Part shown: piece by piece, positions 63,183 to 64,000 of the stretch
Layout: each line of letters begins with the position of its first letter
Position numbering within the stretch: position 1 is the first letter of the stretch
Source: Bdellovibrionales bacterium CG10_big_fil_rev_8_21_14_0_10_45_34
GTDB lineage: Bacteria > Bdellovibrionota > Bdellovibrionia > Bdellovibrionales > 1-14-0-10-45-34
Length of the DNA: 64,000 nt
Direction: 5' to 3'
NCBI GenBank assembly: GCA_002778785.1
Contig: PEZS01000001.1
Location: 13,894 to 77,893, forward strand
Translations under genes and position numbers: made by a program
The notes under the pieces: generated by a model
Database searches by the model: none
Told to the model about the DNA's origin: nothing
The model's input: the letters and a program-made list of their open reading frames with translations, nothing else

Positions 63183-64000
63183 GTGCAATATCAAACTCAC
63201 CTCGGTGACGCTTTAGAAATTTTAAAAACAATTCCCTCAAACTCCGTTGATTCTCTTGTTACTGACCCTCCTGCGGGCATTGGACTATTCAACCTTGAAT
63301 GGGATAGTGATAAGGGCGGTAGAGATGCGTGGGTCGAATGGCTTAGTCAGGTCTTTAAAGAATGCTTGAGGACGATGAAACCCGGTGCCCATGGATTTGT
63401 TTGGGCGATTCCTAGAACTTCGCATTGGACGGCGACCGCTTTAGAATATGCGGGATTTAATATTAAGGATGTCGTTACTCACATTTTTGGTAGTGGATTT
63501 CCAAAAAATATTGCGATCGACAAAGCGCTTACGCGAGCGAAATACGTCAATACGGATCTTGTTTTTAAAGTAACTGCCTGGATTCGAGAGCGTCGAAATG
63601 AACTGGGCTTACGAAACAAAGATCTAGATTTAATTGCAGAGGTAAAAGGCGGGGCCTGTCACTGGACTGCCGCGCCTCCGAATGGAAAGCCAGGTATTCC
63701 GACTCGCGAGCGTTGGGAAAAACTTAAGGCCGTATTGGGTAATGCACCCGATTGGATGGATAAGCTCATTTTACCCGCACACGAAAGTGGTGGCGCGACT
63801 GAATTTTCAGATCAATGGAAAGGATGGGGAACGGCGCTCAAGCCCGCATCTGAACATTGGATTTTAATTCAGAAGCCCATATCTGAACACAACATTGCCT
63901 CGAACGTGAGGAAGTTTGGCGTTGGAGGAATCAACATTGATTCCTCCAGGATTCCAGTCGTCGGCAAAATTCCCTCGACAACAAATCTAAATTTTCGGAG
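63183..64000 (+). CDS. Site-specific DNA methyltransferase (beta-class N4/N6), partial, runs off right edge
   Basis: Hand translation from GTG 63183 (SD AAGGA): LGDALEILK..SVDSLVTDPPAG..KPGAH..FGSGFPK..GWGTALKPASEHWIL. Confidence 0.85.
   Translation, partial: MQYQTHLGDALEILKTIPSNSVDSLVTDPPAGIGLFNLEWDSDKGGRDAWVEWLSQVFKECLRTMKPGAHGFVWAIPRTSHWTATALEYAGFNIKDVVTHIFGSGFPKNIAIDKALTRAKYVNTDLVFKVTAWIRERRNELGLRNKDLDLIAEVKGGACHWTAAPPNGKPGIPTRERWEKLKAVLGNAPDWMDKLILPAHESGGATEFSDQWKGWGTALKPASEHWILIQKPISEHNIASNVRKFGVGGINIDSSRIPVVGKIPSTTNLNFR

Larger units (their letters stand above)
38708..64000. mobile_element. Integrative conjugative element / genomic island (extends beyond right edge; probably partly degenerate)
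   Basis: tRNA 3' fragment at boundary, TA remnant, accessory cargo, VirB4/6/8/9/10-like genes, FtsK-type ATPase, Replic_Relax-like gene, DNA MTase. Confidence 0.8.

Noticed and set aside
1-64000. CRISPR array, rRNA, IS transposase
   Set aside because: No regularly spaced repeats, rRNA-like sequence or transposase motifs were seen.

Overview
Bacterial chromosome segment. Gene content is consistent with Bdellovibrionota/Oligoflexia (inference only). About 1-32 kb is mostly housekeeping: sdhAB, lemA+GIDE, sua5, hmgA, hemF, htpG, two acyl-CoA dehydrogenases, an HD-domain protein, meaB, a fused MutA-MutB methylmalonyl-CoA mutase, S2P-trpS-scpA-scpB, secreted hypotheticals and a sigma54 activator. 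32-38.7 kb is decayed: a 5'-truncated, frameshifted dinB, a gene fragment and a frameshifted giant Gly-rich surface protein. At 38708-38755 the 3' half of a tRNA-Arg(CCT) marks the att boundary of an integrative conjugative element that runs past the right edge. Its cargo includes a TA remnant and a Fur-family/GcvH-like/methyltransferase/DAC-like/malic enzyme/carbonic anhydrase module. The most notable cargo is a translationally coupled operon: sigma54 activator - MFS - family-5 peptide-binding protein - hybrid histidine kinase - an unannotated 24-aa peptide (MPIEINLDELITQSEAFEGGESGH) - stand-alone LanM-type dehydratase (DUF4135-like, no cyclase). It looks like a modified-peptide (RiPP-like) signalling circuit and sits back-to-back with a T4SS/FtsK/Replic_Relax transfer region. 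A deletion junction near 54800 and a nonsense codon suggest this copy is partly degenerate.
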